A DNA stretch of 64,000 bases, taken from positions 60,142,001 through 60,206,000 of the forward strand of contig NC_045696.1 of assembly GCF_009834535.1 (NCBI RefSeq), written 5' to 3'. Positions 50,225 to 62,959 of the stretch are shown here, piece after piece. The notes beneath the pieces are model-generated. The model did not search any database. It was not told where the DNA came from and saw only the letters and a program-made list of their open reading frames with translations. Source of the stretch: Camelus ferus. Its lineage: Eukaryota. The stretch's first letter is position 1; each line of letters starts with the position of its first letter. The position numbers were made by a program, and so were the translations under genes.

Positions 50225-50883
50225 TGTTAGAGCAGGCAGATAGCTAAATATAAGCAGAGAAAGGGGAACACAAACCTAATGGCAGGAATTGGGCAGAAAG
50301 GAAGGGTACAAGCCAAATGCAGGAAACCACACATCATGTAAGCACTAGGGGTCCCTAGGCAGAGAAAGAAAAGCAGGAACCTTTGGGCTGATAAGGGATC
50401 ACACCTTTTGGGGTGATGAGTTGCCTGGAGATGAGCAAAGAAAGGTGAGAAAAGGCACGAATTTCCAGTGTCTGGATGTAACCTTTTGCTCATTATGCCC
50501 TCATTTCAATAAAACTAGCCTTGCAGATCAGAAGTACCTATCATGCACCAACGCCATGACACTTCCGATCCAGACTAAATAAGGACAAAAATCCCTCCTC
50601 CCTTTGGGAAGGTGGAGTTGGGATGATAATCAGGGAATACGACCCCAAACCCTTCCCTCCCCAGTGAATATTCTGCCTAAACATTTTTACACCCTATGTA
50701 ATTAACTTGCCAAAGAAACACAGGGCAGCCACTCACCTGAGCCTGCCAGCTCTCCCCTTGAGAGTGTACTAACCATCCTTTAATAAATCCTCACTTTACT
50801 TTTTTTAACCTCTATGTCTTGTCTCTGAATTCTTTCTGGGACGGGACAAGAACCTGGAACGTCGGTTGCATCTACCGGCAACA
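50225..50883 (+). mobile_element. Solo LTR (ERV1-like) in HEG1 last intron
   Basis: TGTTAG...CAACA termini, perfect 4-bp TSD ctgt, AATAAA at ~50782. Confidence 0.85.
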
Positions 50884-52008
50884 CTGTGAGGCCACTGTCC
50901 TGTCGTTGCTTTGTCCTGGTGCTACCCGTCGGCTGAGGAGCCCCTAGTGATGGGTGAGAGCTGGCACCCCTGGGAGAGATCCTGTTCAGTTACGGCTGCA
51001 CTTATCAGAGGAAAAGGACTTCCCTGACAAATAGAGGAAAAAGCAAAGCCCTTATGCAGAAATATCAACAGGAACATTCGAACTAGACCCAGCTTTGTAT
51101 CTGCATTTGTCTTTCCCCTTATTTCATCCTGTTCTTCCTCCAGGCCATGTTCACATTTTTCAGTCCATTGAAACTATAGCTTCCTTAGCATGAATGCCCC
51201 TCCCATCCAAAGTATGAACCGTCAGGTTAATCCCCATAGCAACCAGAGGGGCTGTGGCTTAAAGCTATTAAGTCCCCATTGGGCGAGGTTTCATATTTAT
51301 TGCTATACCTAGAACAGCTCCACAGGGCAGGAGAAGTCACCTGATGGCTGTTTATTTTTCAGCTCAGGTATCTCCACTTGTGTTTGCTTTATGGCTGATA
51401 CTGTGTAACCTGAGATGAACTGACAGGGCACTGGAATATGACATGGGCTATTCAATGTGGGACAGAAGAAGCAGGGATAAAAGTGGTCTCTCATCTGTCC
51501 AAACGATGCAGTCCAGGGCTGGGCACAGAAAATTACTAAAGACCTACTGAATCTGCAAAACCTCTGACAAGGGCTGGTTGAGGATGGCATGTTGTCTCTA
51601 CACCTTTTCCCCGTCCCTCAGTTTCAATTACCCAACCTCATGATGTAAAGCATGGCTGATGAGATAAAAATGGATGGGCCAAAGGCTAAATGTCATTAAA
51701 TTCTTTATCTATTAGTTTCCAATCCTGTAACTTAAAAGCAATTTCAGTGACAAGAGGGTTATTGCTACAACCCCATAAAGTACAGGCTGCGCTCTGTGGA
51801 AAAATTCTTCTCTCAGTGTCGAAACTGATAAATACCATGCAAAGAGATAGTAAGTAAACTGAATATTAAATTATGTGAATAATGGGCGTAGGCCACCATT
51901 CTCTTTAACCCTTAACTAGCTGGAGTGCTCTGACTACCACAAAACGGAAGCCCTTGAATTCTCAGAGGAAAGTGGAGCCCAGAGACCCCCGGGGGCGGAC
52001 ATACACAC

Positions 52009-52183
52009 CGAGTGATACACGTCCGTCATCTGGAGGAGGTTCTTGGTACTTCCGTTCTCGTGCATCTCGATAGCTTCCCGGCCCCATTCTTGGGACCGAG
52101 GGTTCTTGGGGTACTCAGCATATGGGGACATTTGGAAATCGCCACTTTTGAAGATGAGTTTGCTTATGTCATTTTTATTCTTT
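52009..52183 (-). CDS. HEG1: HEG1 penultimate exon (RKNKNDISKLIFKSGDFQMSPYAEYPKNPRSQEWGREAIEMHENGSTKNLLQMTDVYHS)
   Basis: ttttacccacag acceptor, TCG|GTGTGT donor, 175 nt, phase 2 to 0. Matches the HEG1 cytoplasmic tail. Confidence 0.95.
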
Positions 52184-52286
52184 CTGTGGGTAAAAAAAAA
52201 TTTAACATTTAAATGAGTAAGTTCTGTAAAGAAACGGTATCTATGAAAGCGCCGTCTAGTGTCTTACAAATTAGACCTAAAGCTAC

Positions 52287-52745
52287 TGTGAAGGAAAAAC
52301 TGGGCTGGTCTAACAAGACAACTCACAAGTCTAGGAATGTGAAGGAGAGGCTGGGCTAACAAGATAACTCACAAATCTAGGTATTGGAATACTGATCTGA
52401 GTTCTGCTAGACTAACTTGTAAATCTAGGTTAATCAGTGTTGTTTTGTTGTTCATGTTTTTTGCTAGCCAGCTGGGTTTTCAAAGATACATATCTGGCTT
52501 TGGAATGTTGGTTTGCTGCCTCCCCGCCTCCACTTTTGTGATGATAATGCTGCTAAAGCTGTTCCATGCCTATTGGCTGAATACCCCAAGCCTGTACTTT
52601 ACCCTATAAAACCTCATGCTCACGTCTTGGAGGTGCTCAGAGCTTCGGAGCAGAAGCCCCTCTGAGCTCTCCGGCGTAATACATCTGAGTACTCCAACCC
52701 TCCGAGTGGTGCTAATTTCCTGACTGGCCTGTCGTTTCTGTAACA
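52287..52745 (+). mobile_element. Solo LTR (ERV1-like) with duplicated 5' ~50 bp
   Basis: TGTGAAGG...TAACA termini, perfect TSD ctac, TATAAA at ~52606. Confidence 0.85.
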
Positions 52746-53027
52746 CTACCACTCTATGTTTTTGTAGCTGCCCACTGAGAAGTGTTATTGTTGTTATTTT
52801 TAGTATTTGCCTAAAACAAGTAAAAATGCAATTAGGTGCAAGAAAAAAAAAAAAAGCCAAAAATCTTTGAACCCAAAGGGCCAGGTTTTCCGGGGCAGAG
52901 AGGACACAGCCCCAATGGAGCAGATTTAGACTCTTCTGGGGGACAGAGATCTCTGCACCATGGGGGAAACAGGTGCAAACAAGGGTCAAATTCACAGGAT
53001 GTTGAAGCCGGAAGGGCCTTTACTGTT

Positions 53028-53562
53028 TGATAAAAGAAATTTTCACATATTGAGATATAGGGAAGTCACTCTGGCTCATACATGAATTAACTTGAATTTT
53101 ATGCTAACTAAAATAGCCTGTTTATGACCTATCAAACATACATTGTTTATCTGCTGTAATTATTAAAGAAAAAGGCACGTTGACCAGAAGTAAAGAATGT
53201 CCATGTTAAAAACAAAGATTAAAGGCCCCTCTTCCCAGGACGCCAATGCTGGTCCTCCCTTGTTGATAAGACTCCCTTCCCAGGAGCCAAGGCCACACTG
53301 ACTCACTGTGTACGTGCTGGTTTGTTCTTTTCTTTTCTTTCTTTCTTTCTTTTTTTTTTTGAAACCTTGAAGAAATGTATCCCTGACTTGTTCTGCTTCT
53401 TCGTTCTGATAAGATATAAAACCGGGCTGGAAGCCAAGCTTCTCTGAAGCAGCACCTCAGAGTAATCTGGGATGTGGGCTCCCAGGCCAGTCTGCAGTCT
53501 GGCTTAGAAAAAATTCATTCCTATTCTTATTACTGATTGTTTATTGATTATTTATGTCAACA
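53028..53562 (+). mobile_element. Solo LTR (ERV1-like)
   Basis: TGA...TCAACA termini, TSD tgtt/ggtt, TATAAA at ~53415. Confidence 0.7.
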
Positions 53563-54715
53563 GGTTCTTTAGTCCAGCCGTTTCCCACCTGCTTGAGGAG
53601 TTGCGGGGCTGGGGCAACTCTGGCTTTGTGAAGGATGTGATTTGTCCTGGGGTCACAGTTTGCTACTAGCAAGGCTGGGACTAAAATTCAGGCTTTCGAA
53701 CTCCCTAGTCAGTCTTCTTTTACTGTGTGAAGCTACTTCACGAACCATAAAAATATGATGTTTTGTTTGCAGAAATGCCCAGCTTGTCTTTATACCCATA
53801 CAGATTCTCATTTCAGGGGGCAGGAAACCCTAGGACAAGTTCCCTACCTGTGAGAGTTCTCTGACTGGAAAGGGTTGGAGGATATGTCAGTCACCTTGTG
53901 CACCCAGCCTAGGGTCAGACATGTTTAGTTATACTTGCCCTGGGTAAGAGAATCTGGAGTTTCCTCCCTTTACGTAGCTTTCCTGTAAATAAACTTTCTG
54001 GGGAAAGCATCAAATCACTCGGGATCATAAAACCAAATGTCCAGCATGGGGCTTAGGCGTTGTCCCTCCTGACAAGTTCAGAACAGACTTGCAATTCTAT
54101 TGCTCCCTGGGGGTGGAGCATCCGGTCTCAAACAATGACTTAATTATTCACAAAGACCTTCTCCTCCCAGGGGCCAGCAGAGACAGGCTCTCCTTCCACA
54201 CTACCTGGTTGCTCCGGGACACTTAGCCGACCCCTGGAGCATTCGAGGTTCGTCTCTCTAGCTCCTAGTCTCATTCCCAGAATTTTATTTCCACTCACAT
54301 AGTTTATCTCTGATGCTTTGCTAGCAACATTGTAAATTATAGGCAATGGCTGAACCGTGAGGCCTGAATCCCTGGATGGGAAGTTGGAGCAGCTTGCTCT
54401 CTGCAGCCTCCCTGGAGGAAGAGGATATCTTAAACTGTCCTGCATATCAATGGTCCAAAAGATAATTTGCTATTGTGTAAGTTCCCTCCATCTGTGATGT
54501 CAGGATAATTCCTGCTGTTTATTACCATCCAAACCAAAGGTCTGAGTTTTCCCTTATCTGAATAATCTCAGAGAAGGGGACCAGCTCCCTTCTTTCCTTC
54601 TTTGTCCAGTAGAAACCCATCCCACTGGTGTCCAGCAGCCCAGAGCCAAGTCTGCTCCTCGCCACTGCTAACGACTTCAGTGAACCCCTTTCATCTCTTT
54701 TTGTTTCTTCATTTT

Positions 54716-55870
54716 CCCACTTAAAGTGTACAAGTCAATGGTTTGTAGTATAGTGAGAGCTGTGTAACCATCATCACAATCAATTCCAGCACAATTTCAT
54801 CACCTTGGAAAGAAACCCATACTACTTAGCTGTTACCCCCAATTCTGCCCCTGCCCACCCAGCCCTAGGCAACCACTAATCTACATTCTGTCTCTCTTTA
54901 ATTTGCCTATTTTGGACATTTCCAATAAATGCAATCATACATATGTGGTCTTTTGTGACTGGCTTAATTCATGCAGCATACTGTTTTCAAGGTTTATGCA
55001 CATTACAGCGTGTATCTTTAGTTGGTTCCTTTTTATGGCTGAATAATATTCCATTGTATGGATATGGCATTTTGTTCATCCATCAGTTGATGGATATTGG
55101 GGTTATTTTCACCTTTTGGTGACTATGAACTGGTCCTCTATGAAAATTTATGTCCATATTTCTGTGTGGACATATGTTATCATTTCTCATGGTTTATACC
55201 TAAGAGTGGAAATGCTGGGTCAAATGGCAACTCTGCTTAACTTTCTGAGGAATGGCCAGTTTTTTCAAAGTGGCTACACCATTTTACGTTTCCAGCAGCA
55301 GTGTATGAGCATCCTAATTCTCCCACATTCTCACCGACATTTGCTATTTTCTGTTTTTTGTTTGTTTGTTTCAAGTGGTATCCAATGTTGGGTTACTGGG
55401 GTTTTTTTACCCTGATGTCGGTTTTGATTGCATTTCTCTGATGGTTAATGGCTTTGAGCATCTTTTCATATGTTACTGGCCATTTTACATCTTCTTTGGA
55501 GAAATGTCTATTTAAGTTCTTTGCCCACTTTTAAATGGGGTTGCCTTTTTATTACTGAGTTGTAAGAATTCTTTATATGTTCTAGACACAAGTCCTTTAT
55601 TAGAATGTTGATTTGCAAATATTTTCTCCCCTCCTGTGGGTTGTCTTCTCACTTATTTGGGAGGAGGGATAATTAGGCTTATTTATTTATTTAATGGAGG
55701 TCCTGGGAGACTGAACCCAGGACCTCCTGCTAAGCACGTGCTCTACCACTGAGCTATACCCTCCCCTCATCTTTTCAGTTTCTTGACAGTGTTCTTTGAA
55801 GCCGAGTTTTTCATGTTGATGAAGTCCAATCTATCTTTTTTCTTTTGTTGCTTGTGCTTTTGAATATTCT
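54716..55870 (-). mobile_element. Old L1 (L1MB-like) 3' fragment
   Basis: ccctaggcaaccactaatct, cagcagtgtatgag and ttgcaaatattttctccc motifs. Confidence 0.8.
55655..55766 (-). mobile_element. tRNA-derived camelid SINE (Vic-1-like) inserted in the L1 fragment
   Basis: Reverse strand reads GGGGAGGGTATAGCTCAGTGGTAGAGCACGTGCTTAGC...GGTTCAG...CCTCCATTAAATAAATAAATAAGCCTAATTATCCC (A/B boxes). Degenerate TSD tcttctcactt / tcttttcagtt. Confidence 0.85.
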
Positions 55871-56080
55871 TTTTTTTCCACTAAAATCCCATTTGCTCTC
55901 CTTTTCTTTCCCTGATGGCAGTGCCTGTCAGAAATTTGCCTTTCTTTTTCTCTAATGGTTCAGTCATAGATTATCATTAATACTGTACACCACCCCAGAC
56001 ATTCTTTATGAGGATAAAAATGGACCCTTGTTTAGCACAGGCAAAGGGACAGAATTGGGATGTGGACGCCCGGCACTCAC

Positions 56081-56168
56081 CGGCAACAGGTAACAATCAG
56101 TGCGATGCCCAGGATGAGGAGAAGCCCACCTCCCGCTGCCGCAATCACCACGGTGATAAGCTGATAGG
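56081..56168 (-). CDS. HEG1: HEG1 transmembrane exon ((P)YQLITVVIAAAGGGLLLILGIALIVTCCR)
   Basis: ccgtgtttag acceptor, CG|GTGAGT donor, 88 nt, phase 1 to 2. Hydrophobic segment matches the HEG1 TM. I found no further upstream exon within the window. Confidence 0.95.
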
Positions 56169-56352
56169 CTAAACACGGTTCAGGAGAAAAGGAAAACGTG
56201 GATCGGTAAGAGGTAATGAATGAATGAAGGAATGCCCCAAAATGGTCCCCCTCCCCACCCCAAGGCCACCCCAGTACCTCAGCTGGGGACCACCTTTCAT
56301 TCCCTGGGCCCCCAGCAAGGGCGGCTAAAGGCTGGCTCTGCATTTTCTCTAC

Positions 56353-56843
56353 TGAAGGGGAGCAGAACGTGTCACCCCAAAATATGCCTCTTTACCTATT
56401 TATTATTTAGAGCTGATATTTCTGCAGGCACAGAAGAAGCTCTGAAAACTGAGTCCTAGTTACCCCTTGGTAAGGGAAATTTACATTAGAAGGAGGCTTG
56501 TACCAGGAAGAGAGCTAACACCAGAGATGACCTGTTCACCTGAGAGACTTATCTGCTGGCAGGAATCTTTGCTTCCCAAACATTTCCTCTTCGCACTTTT
56601 CCCCTGTGAATTGCCTTTTCCCATTTGCAGCCCCAGGCCCCCGGCCCTTTCCTCAGCTCAGGAGGGTATATGAGCCTCAATCATCTGGCTGCCTGAGTCT
56701 CATATCTTTGTGGGGCTCCCATGTGTATGCACATAATTAAAATTGTGTTTTTCTCCTCTTAGTCTGGCTTCTGCAGAGGGTGGGGGGATGTGCCTCAGCC
56801 AAGAACCTAGGAAGGAGAGGAAAAATGATTTTTCTTTCCCTAC
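56353..56843 (+). mobile_element. MER34-like solo LTR
   Basis: gagcagaacgtgtcaccccaaaatatgcc start, gccaagaacctaggaagg...tttccctaca end. Confidence 0.7.
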
Positions 56844-57992
56844 ACTTTTTGAGAAGAGCTTCCCTTTCTTATCCATGCCTAGAGTTGGGGGTCCCAAGTT
56901 CTACTTGCAGACCAGCCTGATGACACTGCCACCAATCCACCAACAGAAGAGAATAATAAAGGAGATGCATGTATTTTTCCAAAACTACGCTTGTTTTTTT
57001 CCCTAGTTTTAATACCGCCTAAGAGTTGGTCCTTCCTTCTTTGTCTCCTTACTTACTCTAGATGCACTTTATTATGTGTAAATTACGCCTCCAATAAGGC
57101 TAGTTTTTAAAAAGTAATTGAGAAAAAAGAGAATCTTTTTTGGGCTACTTTTGAAAATAATTGTTTAAAATTTTTTTGGAATTGATGGTGAGGATAGATA
57201 TGAATTTTTAAAATTTGGTTTTATGTTTTTACTTAATAAAATAAAAAGGAGGCAACCCTAGGCTAGATTCCCCAATTTTATAAGACATATTACCCAGAGC
57301 CTGGGAATCACTGCATAATCCAGGCTGGCACTGGGTAGCCTCAATGCATACAAATCAAATTTAATTACCAGAAATTGGCAGTCATATAAGTGAGCACGTA
57401 TCATGTATAATAAACAATATTAAAATTTTAATTAATTGGTTTTATGCCTGTGTATTTCTGGAAAAATCATATTTTTCACCAAGTTCTATTAGATATTCAG
57501 ATTGATTTTGTGTTGTGGAAATATAATTAAAATTGTGTTCTCAGTTGTAAAGTCCAAGATGGAAAAAGGGCCAATAACCAGGTAAATCTGGCTGGAACCA
57601 AGCTCTGTAGGTATTCAGATAAAGTCAAAGGGTAATACACAGAGCTGACTATGAACAGATTGTAAGATAAGAGCAAACACAAGTCATGCAACCATTTACC
57701 TGTCCTTTCTTGAAATAAGCAGCACAGATACCAGATTTTATGAGAAACCATCAGTATGTAGATACACAAGAAACAAAGCAAACCAACGAATGAGTTAATT
57801 CTCTCCCTCACCTCCTGACACATGTATTCAAGCTTCACTTTCAAAAAAAAAAGTAACGACAAAAGACATCCTTAAATTTGTGGACTGCTCTTTACCGCCC
57901 TAACACCACCAAAGGCCCCCATCGAGTCCTGACCAGACAACTGTAATCACCTCCCAACTCATCCTCCTGCCCACGTCTTGCCCACTCATTTC

Positions 57993-58070
57993 TTTCTTTC
58001 TTCTTTTTTTAAATTGAAGTATAGTCAGTTTATCATGTTATGTCCATTTCTGGTGTACAGCATGAAGTTT
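57993..58070 (-). mobile_element. ~78-bp L1 3'-tail insertion
   Basis: Poly(T) plus ttgaagtatagtcagtttatcatgtt; TSD ttgcccactcatttc / ttgcccattaatttc. Confidence 0.75.
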
Positions 58071-58494
58071 TTGCCCATTAATTTCAAAAAGCAGCTGTGA
58101 TGGTACCATTTCCCTGCTTTAAAAACCCCACAGTGGCTCCCTTTGTTCCCAGCCAGAGAGCAAAGTCTGGCTCCTGCTTATCCCTCCACACCAAGGTCAC
58201 GTCTCCTCCCTTCAGCAAAACAAACGAGCGCTGGTTGTAGAAGTGATCCTTGCAGTGGCAGGTTCCTCTCTGAAACAAAGACAGTAGACCAGTGCTTCCC
58301 GAATGGCCTGTGGTCAGGGATGAGCTTTTCTCTGCTTGTGCTTTTGGATGTTCTTCTAATTTAATTGCTTTTGTGGGTTTTTTTTTTTTTGATTAAAGTC
58401 AAATTTAATATTTTTATTTTCTTATAAATGAAAGTTTGTGAATTTCAGTTTCAATATACTTGATATTTTGGGGGATTCCACATGGCCACAAATC

Positions 58495-59289
58495 TTTTTT
58501 TTTTAATTACCCAAGTACAGTCAGTTTACAATGTTGCATTAATTTCTGGTGTATAGCACAGTTATTCAATTATACATATACAATTCCTTTTCATATTCTT
58601 TTTCATAATAGGCTATTACAAGATACTGAATATACAGTAGGACCCTGTTTATCAATTTTATATATAGCAGTTAGTACCTGCAAATCCCAAACTCCCAATT
58701 TATCCCTTCAGCCTCCCCTTTTCCTCCTGGTAACCATACATTTGTTTTCTATGTCTGAGTCTGTTTCTGTTTGCAAATAAATTCATTTGTGTCATTTTTT
58801 AGATTCCACATATGAGTGATATCATATGATTTTTTTTTCTCTTTCTGGCTTACTTCACTTAGAATGACAATTTCCAGGTCCATCCATGTTGCTGCAAATG
58901 ATATTATTTTATTCTTTTTTACGGCTGAGTAGTATTCCATTGTACAAAGATACCACAATATCTTTATCCAGTCATCTGTCTGGATTTTTAGCTTGTTTCC
59001 ATGTCTTTGCTATTGTAAATGTTGCTGCTATGAACATTGAGGTGCATGTATTTGTTTGAATTAGAGTTTCCTCTGGATATATGCCCAGGAGTGGGATTGC
59101 TGAATCATAGGGTAAGTGTATTTTCAGTTTTTTAAGGAGTCTCCATACTGTTTTCCATAATGGTTTCAGCAATTTATCTTCCCATCAACAGTGTAGGAGG
59201 GTTCCCTTTTTTCCACAGCCTCTCCAGCATTTATTGTTCATGGACTTTTTAATGATGGCCATTCTGACTGGTGTGAGGTGACACCTCAT
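58495..59289 (-). mobile_element. 5'-truncated L1
   Basis: ORF2 C-terminal peptides ([24 protein letters not shown]) and 3' UTR on the reverse strand. Confidence 0.88.
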
Positions 59290-59590
59290 AAAGAAAATAA
59301 AGTCTCACTTGCTCCTCTCATCTCTCCCCCAGGCACCAGCTATCTTGAATTTCCTTCTCTCCTTTTTTTTAAGGAGTCTACTGTGGACCGATAAGTTTGT
59401 AAAATACAGTAGAGAGGAGCACAGAGAAAGCGCCCAGGAGGGAATTCACAAAAATACTCAGATGTTAGTGCTGCCTTGGGTGATGACAGCTTTGTGCTTT
59501 CTTCTCCAAGCTTCTCTCTGTTTCCCACATTTTATTCATGTGTTTATATACACACAACCTCCTCTAAATATCTAGACATTGTATGTGTAT

Positions 59591-59973
59591 TGTGGACAAA
59601 GAGTATTGCCTGCTGTATCAGTAAATAAAGGAAGTTGTGACCACCAAGCCAGAAGTCACTGCAGCCGCCCCAACTGTGCACCCTGAGGGGACCCAGGGTG
59701 GAGAAAAGCAGGATCCAGGCCCTAGATCACTCAGGGGCACATCAAGGGAATGAGATGTCTGGTTTTCTTTAATTAACAGTAATCTTTTTATGTTCCTACT
59801 AACTGGCTTTTGTTGCAAAATTCCTATATATCCTGGTTCCTCCCCTACCTCTAGAGGGCAGTCCCTCAGAGCGATCTGAGAGGTGGCGGTCTTTCAGGCT
59901 TAAGTCCTCAGAAAGTCTGCCAAATAAAATGTATGTCTCAACTTTTAGGTTCTACATTTTTTTTCAGTCAACA
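59591..59973 (+). mobile_element. Solo LTR (MER41-like, ERV1)
   Basis: TGTGG...CAACA termini, perfect TSD gtat, AATAAA at ~59923. Confidence 0.82.
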
Positions 59974-61069
59974 GTATACATACATATCATTTATTTTATA
60001 CACATATATTGCTCAAAGAGTTGTTTGATGTTCTTTGGAAGCCATGTCAGTGGGTATTTGTAACAAGCTTATGGACAATATAACCCACAGGACTTTTTTC
60101 TCATACCTGTGGTCAAGTCAGCTCATGAACTACAACCGATCGTTTGCACTTAAAGACTGACTTTAGATTTGCGATGAGGTCACATGACGATGCACAATGC
60201 CTGGGATTTAAATCAACACCTACTGTAACGCTCACTAGGCCCACAGGTTCCCTGAATGTTTGCTAATTAAGATGAGAGTGAAGGCAATGCGTGTTGTCCT
60301 GGGTTTGTCTGTCCTATCCTCCCTACTTGAAGAGATCTTCCAGAATGATGAGCCTGGAATTCTCAGTCTTACTTTGTCTTAGACATTTGTTTACATTTCG
60401 CAGTCTTTCCCAAGCAAGGGCTCTGTCCTCCCTTATTCTTCTTGTGCTTTAATCACAGGTTGATGTTGCTGTCACTGCTGCTGGCATTTTTCGTTAAACC
60501 AACCCAGTCTGGGCCTTCACCTTTCCTATACGCTGTAGTTGTCTTTGCTTATATGCTTATTTGGCTGGAATCTACAGGACTGTCTGCTTAGCCAACTCCC
60601 TTCTGGGACCTCCACATGCCGGGTACAGCGCGGGTGCTTGTCCACGACACACCAGCCACAGTGGATCAGTCTGGGAGTAAACACATGATCCAAACTGGAT
60701 CAATGAGTTTCTTCCCAGGAATCTCAGTGTGGGAAAGAGAGAGAATCTTCTCTTTCAAAAGGACTGAACCAATGACTTACACTCAAAGCTGTTAGGCGAG
60801 CCTATCTGCCATTGTGTTGTCTCTGTGAGGAAGAAAGCATGTGCACAGACACACTGCAAGAGCGGAGGCGAGAGAGGACGACGGAGCCGTGGTACCATGT
60901 GCTCTGAGAAGAGGGCCCCAACCTCCAGCTGCTGTGCTTCCCCACAGTTCCCTGATGCTTGCCACTCCTGATGCTGAATTCCATGACTCACCCCAGGATC
61001 CTGCCAATAAACTGTCTTGGTTGTTTAAGCTAGCTAGGTGTATTTACTCCAGAAGAACCTTGGCCATCT

Positions 61070-61826
61070 GTGACACTGATCTGCAAGATATATCTGTCTC
61101 TGTCCTTGTTCCTGGTACAGCTCCTAAAACTGGGATTTCCTAAGGCTTGAGAGGAGTAAAGGTGTCTTTTGTTAAGTCAATCAGGTGACTTCTGGAAAGC
61201 CGTTAGGTAACCTATAGATGGAGGCTGGTTGCCAGGGAGACCAACCAATGAGCAGAGGGTTAGAACTTTCAGTCCCATCACCTTGAACTTCTGGAAGGGG
61301 AGAGGGGCTCAAGATTGAGTTCAATCACCAATGGCCAATGATTTAATCAATCCTGCCTGTGTACTGAAGCCCCTACAAAAACCCAAAGGATGATGTCCAG
61401 AGAGCATCCAGGTTGGTGAACATGTGGAGATGAGGGGAGAGTGCCGGGCTGGGAGACAGCATGGTAGTCCTGGGCCCTTTCCCCAAACCTTGCCCTGGGC
61501 ATCTCTCCCATCTGGCTGTTTCTGAGTTAAATCCTTTCATAATAAACTGGTAACCTAGGAAGTAAAACGTTCCTGAGTTCTGTGACCCAGTATAGCAAAT
61601 TACTTGAATCCAAGGAGGTGGGGTCACTGGAACCTCCAATCTGGAGCCGGCTGGTCAAACGCACAGGTAACAACCTGGCCTTGGGACTGGTATCTGATGG
61701 GGGAGCAGGAAAGGGAAGTCTTGTGGACTGAGCCCCCAACCTGTGGGATCTACCCGGAGATCGAGTCAGAATTGAGTTAATTGGCCTAGTGATGTGGAAA
61801 AAACACACATCGGAATTGGTGTCAGA
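61070..61826 (+). mobile_element. MER21-like LTR, preceded by a probable MLT1-like remnant (~60620-61050)
   Basis: gagttcaatcaccaatggccaatgatttaatcaatc, aataaactggtaa and ggtgtcagaa motifs recalled from MER21. Confidence 0.7.
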
Positions 61827-62959
61827 ATTGTACCAATCCATATGTCTTCCTTTAAAACTCTTACACTCATTACAGACCTTTTTAGGTCGCCACATTGATT
61901 TTATTTTGAAGTTCATTTGTTCTCCCTATCTCCCCCTCACTGAGCTCATTAGCTACATGTGGTTAGAATTCTGCCTTTTAAATTTTTCCACTCCCCTTGC
62001 ACCATCTTTCCCTCAGAAAGCATTCTTTTTTCTTTTCCTCTGTAGCTTTCAAAATTTGTCTACAGGCTGAGATGTGGCCATAGCACTCACGAGCAGATAC
62101 AGGGCAGCATGCGCCTCTCCCGGGCCACTTCCTTTCAGTTCTGACATGAGGTGAGGCCCGTCAAGACTGAGTGAGGTATCTGCTTTCAGCTGTATGAGGC
62201 TTCCAGCGGACTTCTGGATAACTAATGAACTCTCCTTGCTCCTAAGTTTAGCACTATCTTTCTGAGTGTTTATTATGAGTTACTCCTGCTAACACATGGC
62301 ATTGCCTCTGGAACTGAGTTCTTTTTAAGATCAATGTAACTGACAAGGTGAAGACCATTAGAGGATGCTTTATATACCTGCCACCTGACTGTGGGTTGGG
62401 ATGATGGGGACAATGCAGAGAGATCTTTAGGTTGAATGTTCCAGTTTCACTGGAAGAGGAGGAAGAGACCCAGACATGGGGAAAAACAGGCTCTACATCC
62501 TCGCTGGGCATGCTGGGAGCCTGGCGGGGAAGAAGTATCCACTGGAGAGACGCGGGGCACACGTAGGGCATGTGAATGGAAAAGATGACCTACAAAAGGA
62601 CCTGTTGTGGATAAGAAAGAGGGGTGGATAAAAATGTCTGCAGCCAGAGAGAGGTAATCTAGGAATTATGTGAGTTCTACAATCACAAAGTGACATTAAC
62701 CACAAACAGAAGAATGGCGTAGAGGATGAGAATATAAAAGAAGATCTTAAATTGATAATAAGAGGGGAATGGTTAAGTAAATTATGGTATCTCCAGAGAG
62801 GAGAATTCCACAGAACTGTCAAGAGTGACATTATAAGATCATGTAAATGAAAACAGTGCACAGTTTACTAGGTTTAAAAGCAGGTTACAAAACACTATAT
62901 TCTGTGAGTATTTTTTGGGGGGTAAAAAATGAACTATTTATTTGCTAATGAAAGTAGAA

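Noticed and set aside
55655..55766. tRNA gene
   Set aside because: A/B boxes are present, but with an AT-rich tail, a TSD and internal loss: a tRNA-derived SINE.
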